In this document: positions 9,380 to 19,575 of the stretch, piece after piece
How positions within the stretch are numbered: the stretch's first letter is position 1
Layout: the number at the start of each line of letters is the position of its first letter
DNA from: an uncultured Pelagibacteraceae bacterium
GTDB lineage: Bacteria; Pseudomonadota; Alphaproteobacteria; Pelagibacterales; Pelagibacteraceae
Length of the DNA stretch: 64,000 nucleotides
NCBI GenBank assembly: GCA_902554785.1
Contig: CACDQG010000001.1
Span: 45,246-109,245, forward strand
Reading direction: 5' to 3'
Made by a program: the position numbers and the translations under genes
The notes under the pieces: generated by a model
Told to the model about the DNA's origin: nothing
What the model saw: only the letters and a program-made list of their open reading frames with translations
Database searches by the model: none

Positions 9380-9955
9380 ATGAAAAGTTTGTTAAGTTTA
9401 TTAATAGCTTTTACGGCTATAAACATAGATTTATATGCAGCTGAGGCTGGAATGCCTCAGCTGGATCCAAAATATTGGGCGTCTCAAGCGTTTTGGTTGA
9501 TTTTAGTTTTTATAATATTATATATTTCAATTTCAAAGTTTTACTTGCCAAAAATTAAAGATAATTTAGATAACAGGGAAAATAAAATTAAAGAAGATCT
9601 CGAAAACGCTAGTAAATTTAAAGAACAGTCTGAAGCTAAATTCAAAGAATATGAAGTCATATTAAAAAACGCTAGAAAAGAAATCTCTAAAATACATTTC
9701 GACTCTAAAACAATTTTAGATAAAGATATTCGCACAAAAAAAGAAGAGATGGAAAAAGAAATTGAAAAAGAAATTTTAAAAGCTCAAAAACAAATTATAG
9801 ATCAAAAGAAAAACTCTATAATCTCAATTCAAAATATTTCTAAGGAGATTGCATCTAATATTATTGAAAATATATCAGGTGATAAACTTAATGAGAGCAG
9901 TATAAAAGCAACTGTAGAGGAAGTTACAAAAAAAAATATTGGTAAGCATTTATGA
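9380..9955 (+). CDS. atpG: F0F1 ATP synthase subunit b'
   Basis: MPQLD...SQ.FW motif then TM and coiled coil; ATG at 9380 (ORF-track TTG overlaps atpE). Confidence 0.88.
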   Translation: MKSLLSLLIAFTAINIDLYAAEAGMPQLDPKYWASQAFWLILVFIILYISISKFYLPKIKDNLDNRENKIKEDLENASKFKEQSEAKFKEYEVILKNARKEISKIHFDSKTILDKDIRTKKEEMEKEIEKEILKAQKQIIDQKKNSIISIQNISKEIASNIIENISGDKLNESSIKATVEEVTKKNIGKHL

Positions 9956-10449
9956 CTTTAGACGCAACTTTTTGGGTTACTATCTCTTTTATTATTTTTC
10001 TTGGAGTATTAATTTATTTCAAAATACCACAAAAAGTTAAAGAAATTCTTGAACAAAATATCTTAAATATAAAAAATCAAATTAGTGAAGCTGAGAAACT
10101 TAAAGAGGACGCTAAAAATATTTTAGCTGAAAATGAGAAAAAAATTAGCAATTCAAAAAGTGAAGTTAAAGAAATGATCAATAAAGCTAACGATGAGGCA
10201 GAGAAAAACGTAATAAGAGTGAATGAAGAATTTCACAATTTAATGGAAAATAGAAAAAAAAATGCTGAAGAAAGAATAAGACAACTCAAGAGCCAGGCTG
10301 AAAAAGATATAAAAAATGCCTCAGTTAAAATAGCCATTGAGTCAGCAGAGAAATTGATTAAAAACTCCCTAGATAAAAGCAAATTAGATAAAATTTATAG
10401 TTCTAGTATAGAAGAAACAAAATTAGCACTTAAGAAAAAATCCAGCTAA
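9952..10449 (+). CDS. atpF: F0F1 ATP synthase subunit b
   Basis: DATFWV.ISF TM followed by a charged coiled coil. Confidence 0.9.
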   Translation: MTLDATFWVTISFIIFLGVLIYFKIPQKVKEILEQNILNIKNQISEAEKLKEDAKNILAENEKKISNSKSEVKEMINKANDEAEKNVIRVNEEFHNLMENRKKNAEERIRQLKSQAEKDIKNASVKIAIESAEKLIKNSLDKSKLDKIYSSSIEETKLALKKKSS

Positions 10450-10466
10450 TATAGGCCATAAACAAA

Positions 10467-11933
10467 ATGGCAAAAAAAATAATTGTAATAGGTTCAGGCT
10501 TCGGTGGTTTAGCTGCTTCATTAAGATTAAAAGCTAAAGGTTACGAAGTTACCTTAGTTGAAAAACATCCTGACTTAGGAGGAAGAGCGAGAGTTTTTAA
10601 GAAAGGAGACTTTACATATGATGGTGGTCCTACTGTAATTACTGCTCCATATCTTTTCGAAGAATTGTTTAGTCTTTTTAATAAAAAACTTTCAGATTAT
10701 GTTCAAGTAGTTCCTTTAGATTTATGGTACAGATTTGTTTTTAGTGATGGACAAACTTTTGATTACTCAGGCGATGAGAAATCAATGGAAAAAGAAGTCA
10801 AAAAATTTTCAGATAAAGATTTTGAAGGTTACAATAATTTAGTTAATTTCACTGAAAAAATTTTTAACAAAGGTTTTACAGATTTATCAGATAAACCTTT
10901 TAATAAGCTTACTTTCATGCTCAAACAGGTTCCGTCATTATTAAGTCTGAAAAGCTATAAATCTGTTTATCAATTAGTTTCAAATTATATATCAAATGAA
11001 AAATTAAGAAGAGTTTTTAGTATGCACCCTCTTCTTGTCGGTGGTAATCCTTTCACTACAACCTCAATTTATACTTTGATTTTATTTTTAGAAAAAAAAT
11101 GGGGTATTCACTACTCTATGGGTGGAACAGGAAGTGTGGTTAAGGCTCTGGAAAAATTAATGAGAGAGGAAAATATTCAAATTATTAAAGAAGCTGAAGT
11201 AACTGAAATAATTTCTTATGAAAATAATGTTAAAGGTGTGAAAATTAACAATTCCAAAATTATTGATTGCGACTATATAATTTGTAATTCAGATCCGCCG
11301 AATGTTTATAAAAATTTAATTAAATCTAAAAAAAGATACAATTTTTTATTTAAACAAAAAATGAAAAGAATGGATTATTCTATGGGACTGTTTGTTTATT
11401 ATTTTGGATCAAAAAAACAATACAAGAACGTCGCCCATCACACTATCTATTTTGGTAAATCGTATGAAAAACATTTGGATAAAATTTTTGAGGAAAAAGT
11501 TTTATCTGAAGACATAAGTTATTATTTACACAGACCCTCAGCTACAGATCCAAATATGGCTCCAAAAGATCAAGACGCGTTTTATGTTTTAGTTCCGGTT
11601 CCAAACAATTTATCCAATATAAATTGGTCTGAAGAAAGTGAAAAATTTAAAAATTTAATCTTAGATAAAATGGATAAATCGGTTCTACCTGGGATAAAAC
11701 AAAATGTTGTAAGTGATTTTTATTTAACTCCAGATTACTTCGAAAAGGATCTAGCAACATTACATGGCTCTGGATTTTCAATACAGCCAAAATTCTCACA
11801 GTCAGCCTATTTTAGATTTCATAACCAATCAGAAGTATTTAATAATTTGTATTTTGTAGGAGCAGGAACACATCCAGGTGCCGGAATGCCAGGTGTTCTT
11901 TCATCCGCTAAAGTACTAGATAGATTATTTTAA
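10467..11933 (+). CDS. crtI: Phytoene desaturase
   Basis: GSGFGG, GGRA, GPTVIT and GAGTHPGAG.PGV motifs. Confidence 0.93.
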   Translation: MAKKIIVIGSGFGGLAASLRLKAKGYEVTLVEKHPDLGGRARVFKKGDFTYDGGPTVITAPYLFEELFSLFNKKLSDYVQVVPLDLWYRFVFSDGQTFDYSGDEKSMEKEVKKFSDKDFEGYNNLVNFTEKIFNKGFTDLSDKPFNKLTFMLKQVPSLLSLKSYKSVYQLVSNYISNEKLRRVFSMHPLLVGGNPFTTTSIYTLILFLEKKWGIHYSMGGTGSVVKALEKLMREENIQIIKEAEVTEIISYENNVKGVKINNSKIIDCDYIICNSDPPNVYKNLIKSKKRYNFLFKQKMKRMDYSMGLFVYYFGSKKQYKNVAHHTIYFGKSYEKHLDKIFEEKVLSEDISYYLHRPSATDPNMAPKDQDAFYVLVPVPNNLSNINWSEESEKFKNLILDKMDKSVLPGIKQNVVSDFYLTPDYFEKDLATLHGSGFSIQPKFSQSAYFRFHNQSEVFNNLYFVGAGTHPGAGMPGVLSSAKVLDRLF

Positions 11934-12778
11934 TGGATAATTTATTAAGAAAGCACGCAAAATCTTTTTATTGGGCAAGTTTTTTTTTATCTAAACCAAT
12001 ATTTAATAAATGCTCATCTTTATATAATTTCTGTAGAACTTTAGACGATATTGTGGACGAAGATAATAATCTTGAAACAAAAAAAGAAAATTTCTTAAAT
12101 TTTAAAAATTATTTTGAAAACAAAGATCTCACAAAACCTATTATAAAGGAAATGTGGTCTATAATATATAGTGAAGGTATATCTAAACAGGTAGTGATGG
12201 ATTTATTTGATGGCGTTGAAACAGACCTTAAAAAAAAAGTTCAAATTAACTCAAAAAAGGAATTAATTGTTTACTCTTATAGAGTTGCCGGAACAGTTGG
12301 TTTGATGATGTCAAAAATTTTGAAAGTGAGCAATAGAGAAGCGTTTAAGGGAGCTATTGACTTAGGAATTGCGATGCAACTCACTAATATTGCACGAGAT
12401 GTTTGTGAGGATAAAGCCAGAAATAGGTACTATGTTAATCACGATTTTTTATCTATAAAAGAGATAATAAACCAATCTCGAATATTTTATGATAAATCTT
12501 TTCTTTCGATAGGTAGTATTCCAATTAAATCAAGATTTTCGGTCATAGTGGCAAGACGAGTTTACAAAAAAATTGGCGACTATATACTTAAGAAAAAAAA
12601 TATAGAAAATTATAATAATGCTGGAAAAATATATGTTCCGTTGTATCAAAAAATTATTCAAACTTTTTTATCTTTTTTCGACTTTATAAAATTATTATTT
12701 GTTAAAGAGTTAATCTACGATAACCATACAGGACATAATATTCTACAAAATGAAGTTAATATAAATGAAAGAATTTAA
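11933..12778 (+). CDS. crtB: Phytoene synthase
   Basis: FCR.LDDIVD, YRVAGTVG and QLTNIARDV.ED motifs. Confidence 0.92.
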   Translation: MDNLLRKHAKSFYWASFFLSKPIFNKCSSLYNFCRTLDDIVDEDNNLETKKENFLNFKNYFENKDLTKPIIKEMWSIIYSEGISKQVVMDLFDGVETDLKKKVQINSKKELIVYSYRVAGTVGLMMSKILKVSNREAFKGAIDLGIAMQLTNIARDVCEDKARNRYYVNHDFLSIKEIINQSRIFYDKSFLSIGSIPIKSRFSVIVARRVYKKIGDYILKKKNIENYNNAGKIYVPLYQKIIQTFLSFFDFIKLLFVKELIYDNHTGHNILQNEVNINERI

Positions 12779-13832
12779 TTACGTAATAATTGGTGGCGGA
12801 TGTGCCGGACTGTCTTTAGCCTATGAATTAGAAATTAATAATAAGCTAAAAGATAAAACTCTTGCAATAATTGAAACTCGTGATGAATATAAAAGAGACA
12901 AAACGTGGTCTTTTTGGAAAGTTTTTGATCATAATTTTAATGATTGTGTAATTAAAAGTTGGAGTAATTTTACGATCAATACTTCAGAAAGCTCTCATGA
13001 ATTAACTAATAAAAAATTTCCTTACCAGAGTATCGATAGTGGAAAATTTTATAAAAAAATAAATTCTAAACTGTCTGCAAATTCAAATGTAAGTTTTTTT
13101 AAAAATCTTAATGAAATAAAATCGGAAAATTCAATAATTTTTAATAGTGTTTTTGAAAAAGAGCCTGATAAATCAGAATTATGGCAGCACTTTCAGGGTA
13201 TCGAGATAGAAACACCTAAGAACATTTTTGATGAGGGAATAATAAACTTAATGGATTTTAATTGTGATCAGAGAAAAGATGTACATTTTTTCTACACATT
13301 GCCATTCAGCAAAAACAAAGCTTTGATTGAAACTACTTGGTTATCAGATTTAGAGGATCAAAGCCTAAGAGATTATGACCTTCAGTTAGAAAATTATATT
13401 GAGAATAATCTTGGTATTAAAAACTATAAAATAAATTTTACTGAAAAAGGAGCTATACCACTCTTTTCTCCAACATTAAGAAATAATAATAATATAATTA
13501 ATATTGGATCAGCTGGAGGAATGACTCGGTTAAGCACAGGTTACACTTTTTTAAACATTCAAGAACATAGTCGTTATATTGTAAAAAACATTGATAATAT
13601 TACTGAAGCAAAAATATTTTCCTTAGGAAAAAAATATCAATTTTTAGATAAAGTATTTCTAAAAGTATTGGAAAAATATCCCGAAAAGATGCCCAAAATT
13701 TTTTTTAATATGTTTAAAACCTCTTCAAATACGATTATAAAATTTTTATCAAATAAAAGTAATGTTATTGAAGACATAAATATTATTAGAAAAATGCCAA
13801 AATTAATTTTTTTAAAAGCATTGTTTAATTAA
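12765..13832 (+). CDS. crtY: Lycopene beta-cyclase
   Basis: GGGCAG, KTWSFW, LMDF, FFYTLP, EKGAIP, STGY motifs; position between crtB and blh. Confidence 0.88.
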   Translation: MKEFNYVIIGGGCAGLSLAYELEINNKLKDKTLAIIETRDEYKRDKTWSFWKVFDHNFNDCVIKSWSNFTINTSESSHELTNKKFPYQSIDSGKFYKKINSKLSANSNVSFFKNLNEIKSENSIIFNSVFEKEPDKSELWQHFQGIEIETPKNIFDEGIINLMDFNCDQRKDVHFFYTLPFSKNKALIETTWLSDLEDQSLRDYDLQLENYIENNLGIKNYKINFTEKGAIPLFSPTLRNNNNIINIGSAGGMTRLSTGYTFLNIQEHSRYIVKNIDNITEAKIFSLGKKYQFLDKVFLKVLEKYPEKMPKIFFNMFKTSSNTIIKFLSNKSNVIEDINIIRKMPKLIFLKALFN

Positions 13833-14737
13833 TGGAAAATATTAACTATAAGCACTCAATTATATTTTTTAATTTTTGTATTTTGGTAAGCCCTCTTTAT
13901 GTAATGCTCAATTTTGAGCCAGTTATATTTTGCTTATTTTTAATTTTAATTTTAGGAATTTCCCACGGTGCACTAGATAACAACAAAGGAAAGAAGCTTT
14001 TAAAATTATTTGGATACAAACAAACTGTATTCTTTTATCTCACATATGTATTAATTTCTTCATTGATAATAATTTTCTGGTTGATATTTCCTAATACAAT
14101 TTTATTGTTATTTTTGATTGTGGCCGCCTATCATTTTGGAAAAGAAGATACGGTATTTTTTTTCAGAAAAAAATTTTTCATATCTGAGTGTTTATTCTTC
14201 TTAAAGGGATCAACAGTAATTATCGCTCCGTTATTATTTAAAAGAGAAGAAACTAATGAAATATTTAGGATACTAAATTTTAAAGTTTTTGAGTCAGGAT
14301 TTTTTAATAACGAATTTTTAATTGGAATGTTATGTCTTAGTTTTTTATCATCTATTTACATTTCAAAAAAAGAAAACGCAAATCTAAAATGTGTCATGAT
14401 AATGGACTTCTTTTCGTTAATCATACTAAATCTTTTTTTGTCACCTATTTTAGCTTTCACTCTTTATTTTTGTTTTCTTCATTCAATCAGGCATTCAATT
14501 ACTCTTATTTTTGAGTTGGATAGATCTTTCAAGCCAGGATTTAAAAAATTTATAATTAAAGCTATCCCTTTAACTTTAGTAACTGCTGTAATATTTTTAA
14601 TTGCAATATATTTTTTAAACAATTTTTATAAGCTTGATGAGGCTATTTATAAGGTAATATTTATTGGTTTGGCCTCACTTACTTTTCCGCATATATTGTT
14701 AGAATATTTTTTAGAAAAAAATGAAAAAAGAACTTAA
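13832..14737 (+). CDS. blh: Beta-carotene 15,15'-dioxygenase (retinal synthesis)
   Basis: Multi-TM protein with HGALD, HFG, HS.RH and LT.PH His motifs. Confidence 0.92.
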   Translation: MENINYKHSIIFFNFCILVSPLYVMLNFEPVIFCLFLILILGISHGALDNNKGKKLLKLFGYKQTVFFYLTYVLISSLIIIFWLIFPNTILLLFLIVAAYHFGKEDTVFFFRKKFFISECLFFLKGSTVIIAPLLFKREETNEIFRILNFKVFESGFFNNEFLIGMLCLSFLSSIYISKKENANLKCVMIMDFFSLIILNLFLSPILAFTLYFCFLHSIRHSITLIFELDRSFKPGFKKFIIKAIPLTLVTAVIFLIAIYFLNNFYKLDEAIYKVIFIGLASLTFPHILLEYFLEKNEKRT

Positions 14738-15665
14738 AGTTTATTTAGCATCACCAAGAGGATTTTGTGCTGGAGTTAAAAGAGCAATTGAAATAGTTGA
14801 AAAATCTATCAGTAAGTTTGGAGCTCCGGTATATGTTCGTCATGAAATAGTTCACAATAAGCAAGTTGTTGAAGAATTAAAAGAAAAAGGTGCAATTTTT
14901 GTTGATGAATTATCAGACGTAGATGACACTAGTAGACCTGTTATTTTCTCAGCTCATGGAGTACCTAAGTCAGTTCCAGCTGAAGCAAAATTAAAAAACT
15001 TATCCTTTGTAGATGCAACATGTCCTTTGGTTTCAAAAGTGCATAGAGAGTCTGAACAATTAAATAAAAATGGCTTTGATATATTATTAATAGGACACAA
15101 AGATCATCCAGAGGTCATTGGTACAATGGGCCAGCTTCCAAAAGGTTCCATTAAACTTATTGAAACAAAAAATGACGTGAAACTTATAAAAAAAGAAGAT
15201 TTTAAAAAACCTTTAGCATATATAACTCAAACAACTCTGTCTGTAGATGATACAGCTGAAATAATCACAGCCCTTAAAAATAAGTTTCCAAATATTAAGG
15301 GTCCTGTGAAAGAAGACATATGTTATGCAACTACAAACAGACAATCTGCTGTTAAAGAAATAGCCTCTAAATGTGATATGTTTTTTGTAGTTGGAAGTCG
15401 TAATTCATCCAATTCTGTCAGACTAGTTGAGGTTGCGAAAAAAGCTGGTTGTAATAATTCTCACCTAATGCATTCTGAAAAAGAAATACCTTTTAATGAA
15501 ATAGAAAATTCCGGAACTATCGGAATTTCTTCAGGAGCATCAGCGCCAGAAAAGCTTGTTCAAACTTTATTAAACAATATACAAAAAGATAGAAAAGTTT
15601 CAATTGAAGAAGTAATAGTTGCAGAAGAAAAGGTTATTTTTAAATTGCCAAAAGAATTGAATTAA
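14721..15665 (+). CDS. ispH: 4-hydroxy-3-methylbut-2-enyl diphosphate reductase
   Basis: PRGFCAGV, DATCPLV, ICYATTNRQ and SSNS motifs. Confidence 0.97.
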   Translation: MKKELKVYLASPRGFCAGVKRAIEIVEKSISKFGAPVYVRHEIVHNKQVVEELKEKGAIFVDELSDVDDTSRPVIFSAHGVPKSVPAEAKLKNLSFVDATCPLVSKVHRESEQLNKNGFDILLIGHKDHPEVIGTMGQLPKGSIKLIETKNDVKLIKKEDFKKPLAYITQTTLSVDDTAEIITALKNKFPNIKGPVKEDICYATTNRQSAVKEIASKCDMFFVVGSRNSSNSVRLVEVAKKAGCNNSHLMHSEKEIPFNEIENSGTIGISSGASAPEKLVQTLLNNIQKDRKVSIEEVIVAEEKVIFKLPKELN

Positions 15666-16633
15666 TGGCTGTCTACACAAAGTTAAATCAAAGTAAAATT
15701 GAAAAAATCTTATCAAATTATAAATTAGGTAAACTAGAATCCTTTAAGGGAATTGAGGAGGGTATTGAAAATACAAATTATTTTTTATTAGTGGATAAGA
15801 AAAAATTTATACTAACTATTTACGAAAAAAGAGTTAAATCTACAGATCTTCCTTTTTTTTCAAATTTGATGTCATCTTTAAATGATGCAAACTTTCAATG
15901 TCCCGCTCCAATTTCTAATAATAATGGCGAAACTATTACAAATTTTGAAGGAAAAAAATTAATGATCGTCTCATTTCTTGAGGGAAAGGCAAAACAAAAT
16001 TTATCTCCGGCCAACTGTAAATCAGTTGGATCCGAAATAGCTAAAATGCACGAGTTAACAAAGACTCTAAAATTAAATCGAAAAAATGACCTTTCGGTCA
16101 ATTCATGGAGAAAATTATTTAATTCAGTTAAAGATAAATGTGAGAATATACATAAAGATCTTCCAAAATTAATTGAGGAAAATCTTAATGATGTTGAAAA
16201 TAATTGGCCAAAAAATTTACCGAAGGGAATTATCCATGCAGATTTATTTCATGATAATATTTTTTTTATCCAAGATAAATTTAGTGGAGTAATTGACTTT
16301 TATTTTTCATGTGAAGATTTTTTTGCTTTCGAAATTGCTATTTGCTTTAATGCTTTATGTTTTGACGGTCTAAAAAGCAACTTAAGTTTTAACGTTACCA
16401 AAGCAAAAAACTTAATAGACGGATATACATCTATAAGAAAATTAACTAATGAAGAATTGGACAGTATTAAAGTATTGTCTCAAGGTGCAGCTTTAAGATT
16501 TTTGCTTACTCGAGTATTTGACTCTTTAAATAAAGTAGAGGGAGCTATTGTAAAAATTAAAGATCCAGTGGAATACTTAAAAAGATTAGAATTTCACAAA
16601 AATTCGAAAAATCACGAGGATTATTTCTTCTAA
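15665..16633 (+). CDS. thrB: Homoserine kinase (type II, APH-like)
   Basis: MAVYT, G.ENTNY, IHADLF.DN and IDFYF motifs; ispH-thrB-rnhA synteny. Confidence 0.93.
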   Translation: MAVYTKLNQSKIEKILSNYKLGKLESFKGIEEGIENTNYFLLVDKKKFILTIYEKRVKSTDLPFFSNLMSSLNDANFQCPAPISNNNGETITNFEGKKLMIVSFLEGKAKQNLSPANCKSVGSEIAKMHELTKTLKLNRKNDLSVNSWRKLFNSVKDKCENIHKDLPKLIEENLNDVENNWPKNLPKGIIHADLFHDNIFFIQDKFSGVIDFYFSCEDFFAFEIAICFNALCFDGLKSNLSFNVTKAKNLIDGYTSIRKLTNEELDSIKVLSQGAALRFLLTRVFDSLNKVEGAIVKIKDPVEYLKRLEFHKNSKNHEDYFF

Positions 16634-17058
16634 TGAAATTAAAAATTTATACTGATGGTGCTTGCTCTGGAAATCCTGGGAAGGGAGGTTGGGCAGCTAT
16701 CATATTAGATAACGATTTAAATCAATCAAATATCTCAGGAAGTGAAAGTAATACAACTAATAACAGGATGGAATTATTGGCTCCAATTATGGCGTTAAAA
16801 AAGATAAAAAGGAAATCAGAAATTATAATTTTTACGGACTCGAAATACGTGAAAGATGGAATAACTGACTGGATTAAAAAGTGGAAAGTAAATAATTGGA
16901 AAAGCTCAAATAAAAAACCAGTTAAAAATAAAGATCTTTGGGTAAAATTGGATAATTCTTGTCTTAAACACAAAGTTACTTGGAAATGGGTTAAAGCACA
17001 CGCTGGAAATAAATATAATGACCTTGCTGACAAATTAGCAGTATCAGAAACTAAATAG
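16633..17058 (+). CDS. rnhA: Ribonuclease HI
   Basis: TDGACSGNPG.GG, TNNRMEL, TDS.YV and WVKAH motifs. Confidence 0.96.
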   Translation: MKLKIYTDGACSGNPGKGGWAAIILDNDLNQSNISGSESNTTNNRMELLAPIMALKKIKRKSEIIIFTDSKYVKDGITDWIKKWKVNNWKSSNKKPVKNKDLWVKLDNSCLKHKVTWKWVKAHAGNKYNDLADKLAVSETK

Positions 17059-17536
17059 ATTTTAGAAAATTTTCAGCAGAAGATAATTTACAGGTAGCAG
17101 TTTCTGTTTCTACCTCTAATTTTTTAACTTCACTATCTTCCACAAGCATAGTGTATCTATTAGACCTAATTCCTAATCCTTTTTCAGATTTATCAACTTC
17201 TGCTCCAATAGCTTGTGTAAATTTAAGAAAGGGGTCGCCAGCCATGAAAATTTTATTTTCAGTATTTTGATTTTCTCCCCAGGCCTTCATTACATTTGGA
17301 TCATTTACAGCAATACATACAATTTTAGAAACTCCCTTTTTAATAGCTAAATCATAATTTTTTATATAACCAGGAAGATGAAGCGCCGAGCAAGTTTTTG
17401 TAAAAGCACCAGGCATACCTAAAATAATAGTCTTGCCTTTACAAAGATCTAATATATCAATTTTCTTTACATCATTATTTTGATCAAGATAAAATAATTC
17501 TGAGCCTGGGAGTTTATCTCCTTTTTTTATTTTCAT
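17051..17536 (-). CDS. Peroxiredoxin (Prx5/Redoxin family)
   Basis: PGAFT.TCS..HLPG, VND..VM.AW and RS.RY motifs. Confidence 0.92.
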   Translation of the reverse strand: MKIKKGDKLPGSELFYLDQNNDVKKIDILDLCKGKTIILGMPGAFTKTCSALHLPGYIKNYDLAIKKGVSKIVCIAVNDPNVMKAWGENQNTENKIFMAGDPFLKFTQAIGAEVDKSEKGLGIRSNRYTMLVEDSEVKKLEVETETATCKLSSAENFLKSI

Positions 17537-18909
17537 TGTATTTTTTCTAAAATATAATTTTTTACTTCTGTATTTGAATTACCAATAATATCAAATATTT
17601 CTTTTTTATCCATATTCAATTTAAGATGTTCAGGTGAAACTAAATTTTTACCTATAGCTTTTTTAATAGTATCGCTGAATTTATAAGGATGAGCTGTACC
17701 AAGAACAATTATATCTCCTAAATTTTTAAAACTTTTTGCTGCTACTACTCCAGTAGCAGTATGAGGGTCAATTATAAATTTGTGTTCCTTGTATATTTCA
17801 TCAATGATACTTAGTGTCTCTTCATCTGTAACTTTTACTGCTTCGAAATCTTTTTTTATTTTATCTATTTCTTTTTTTTCTAAATTAAATGAATTTTTCG
17901 ATGATAAATCATTCATTAATGACCCTACCTTACTATCATTTTCATCTAATATATAATAAAGCAGCCTTTCAAAATTACTGGCGACTTGGATATCCATACT
18001 TGGTGTGATGGTTGTTTTCACTGTATCAGGTTTATATTCACCAGTATTAATAACTCTTTGTAAAATATCATTTTTATTTGTAGCGACTATAAGTTTATTA
18101 ATTGGTAAACCCATTTTTTTTGCTACATATCCAGCATAAATATCTCCAAAATTTCCAGTTGGCACAGAAAAGCTAATATTATTCTTTTTTATTTTAAAGA
18201 AAGAATAAAAATAATAAACAATTTGACAAACAATCCTTGCCCAATTGATAGAATTAACACCTGACATATTTATTTTTGCTCTAAAACTATCTTCATTAAA
18301 AAGTTCTTTTACAATTTTTTGACAATCATCAAATGATCCTTTTATTGCAATATTATAAATATTAGTTCCACCAATTGTTGTCATTATTTTTCTTTGAATA
18401 TTTGAAATCATATTATACGGATGTAGAACAAAAAGATTTATATTTTTTCTATTACTTAATGCTGCTATAGCTGCTGAACCAGTATCTCCTGATGTAGCAA
18501 CAACGATATTTACAGTTTTATCTTTGGCGACCTCTAAATGATCATACATATTTCCAATTACCTGCATTGCAATATCTTTAAAAGCTAAAGTGGGTCCATG
18601 ATAAAGCTCAAGAAGATCGATTTCTCCAATCTTTTTTAAATTAACAACTTCCTTATCTTTAAAACAGCTATAGGATTTTTGAATCAATAATCCTAGTTCT
18701 TCCTTTTTAATTTCATCTGGGCAGAAATTAAATATAATTTCTTTGGCGAGTTCATTGTAATTTAGCTGACTTAAATTATTAAGCTCTTCTTGATTATACC
18801 TCTTTATTTCATAAGGTAAAAATAGCCCTCCGCCTGGGGCAAGTCCTCTTAAAAAAATATCTTTAAAACTAAATTTTAAAGATTTGTCTCTAGTACTATA
18901 ATAATTCAT
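17533..18909 (-). CDS. thrC: Threonine synthase
   Basis: HGPTLAFKD, ATSGDTG, NSINWAR, PTGNFG and DPHTA motifs. Confidence 0.96.
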   Translation of the reverse strand: MNYYSTRDKSLKFSFKDIFLRGLAPGGGLFLPYEIKRYNQEELNNLSQLNYNELAKEIIFNFCPDEIKKEELGLLIQKSYSCFKDKEVVNLKKIGEIDLLELYHGPTLAFKDIAMQVIGNMYDHLEVAKDKTVNIVVATSGDTGSAAIAALSNRKNINLFVLHPYNMISNIQRKIMTTIGGTNIYNIAIKGSFDDCQKIVKELFNEDSFRAKINMSGVNSINWARIVCQIVYYFYSFFKIKKNNISFSVPTGNFGDIYAGYVAKKMGLPINKLIVATNKNDILQRVINTGEYKPDTVKTTITPSMDIQVASNFERLLYYILDENDSKVGSLMNDLSSKNSFNLEKKEIDKIKKDFEAVKVTDEETLSIIDEIYKEHKFIIDPHTATGVVAAKSFKNLGDIIVLGTAHPYKFSDTIKKAIGKNLVSPEHLKLNMDKKEIFDIIGNSNTEVKNYILEKIQ

Positions 18910-19568
18910 TTTTTTCTTCTAAAATATAAATAATAAAAAATTATCGAGATTGATATTGCATACCATGTTATAGCATATTTAAGGTGATTATTTGGCACAT
19001 CTATACTTATCTTTTTAGGTAAGGGTGAGTTAGTCTGATTATCTTCTAGAAAAATTACAAATTTGTTAAATTGCTCCCCTGTAGCTTCTTTTAAATCTTC
19101 TAAATTTAATGAAAACCAAATATTATTTGAAATATCATTATCTGGTTTAAATATACTCGGTTTATAAATTTCTCTTAAAAGACCAATTATCTCACCATCA
19201 TTTTCTGCATTAAAATTTATGCTTGGATTATCTTTTAATTCTTTTTTAATCCAACCCCTGTTAATCAAAACATTTTGATTCTTATCGGTTCTGAATGGAG
19301 TAATTACATCGTATCCGGGTTTTCCGCTATCGTTCAAGCTATAAAGGTAAATTTGCTTGTCGAAATTAAATTTTCCTTTAGCGCTTACTCTCTGATAATT
19401 TTTTTTAATAGAATTAGAGTATTCTATTGGTTTAGAGTCTAATCCAAAAGTAATTTCGCTTATTAGTTCTAGCTTCCATTGCAATCTATAAAGTTGCCAA
19501 GTTCCTAAAGCACAAAATACCGTTACAAAAAAAATTACAAATAGTTGAAATAAAAATGCTCTTTTCAA
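18906..19568 (-). CDS. SURF1-family cytochrome oxidase assembly protein
   Basis: LG.WQ..RL.WK, INRGW and NNHL.YA.TW motifs; TTG at 19568 chosen so as not to overlap coxC. Confidence 0.88.
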   Translation of the reverse strand: MKRAFLFQLFVIFFVTVFCALGTWQLYRLQWKLELISEITFGLDSKPIEYSNSIKKNYQRVSAKGKFNFDKQIYLYSLNDSGKPGYDVITPFRTDKNQNVLINRGWIKKELKDNPSINFNAENDGEIIGLLREIYKPSIFKPDNDISNNIWFSLNLEDLKEATGEQFNKFVIFLEDNQTNSPLPKKISIDVPNNHLKYAITWYAISISIIFYYLYFRRKK

Positions 19569-19575
19569 TTTGAGA

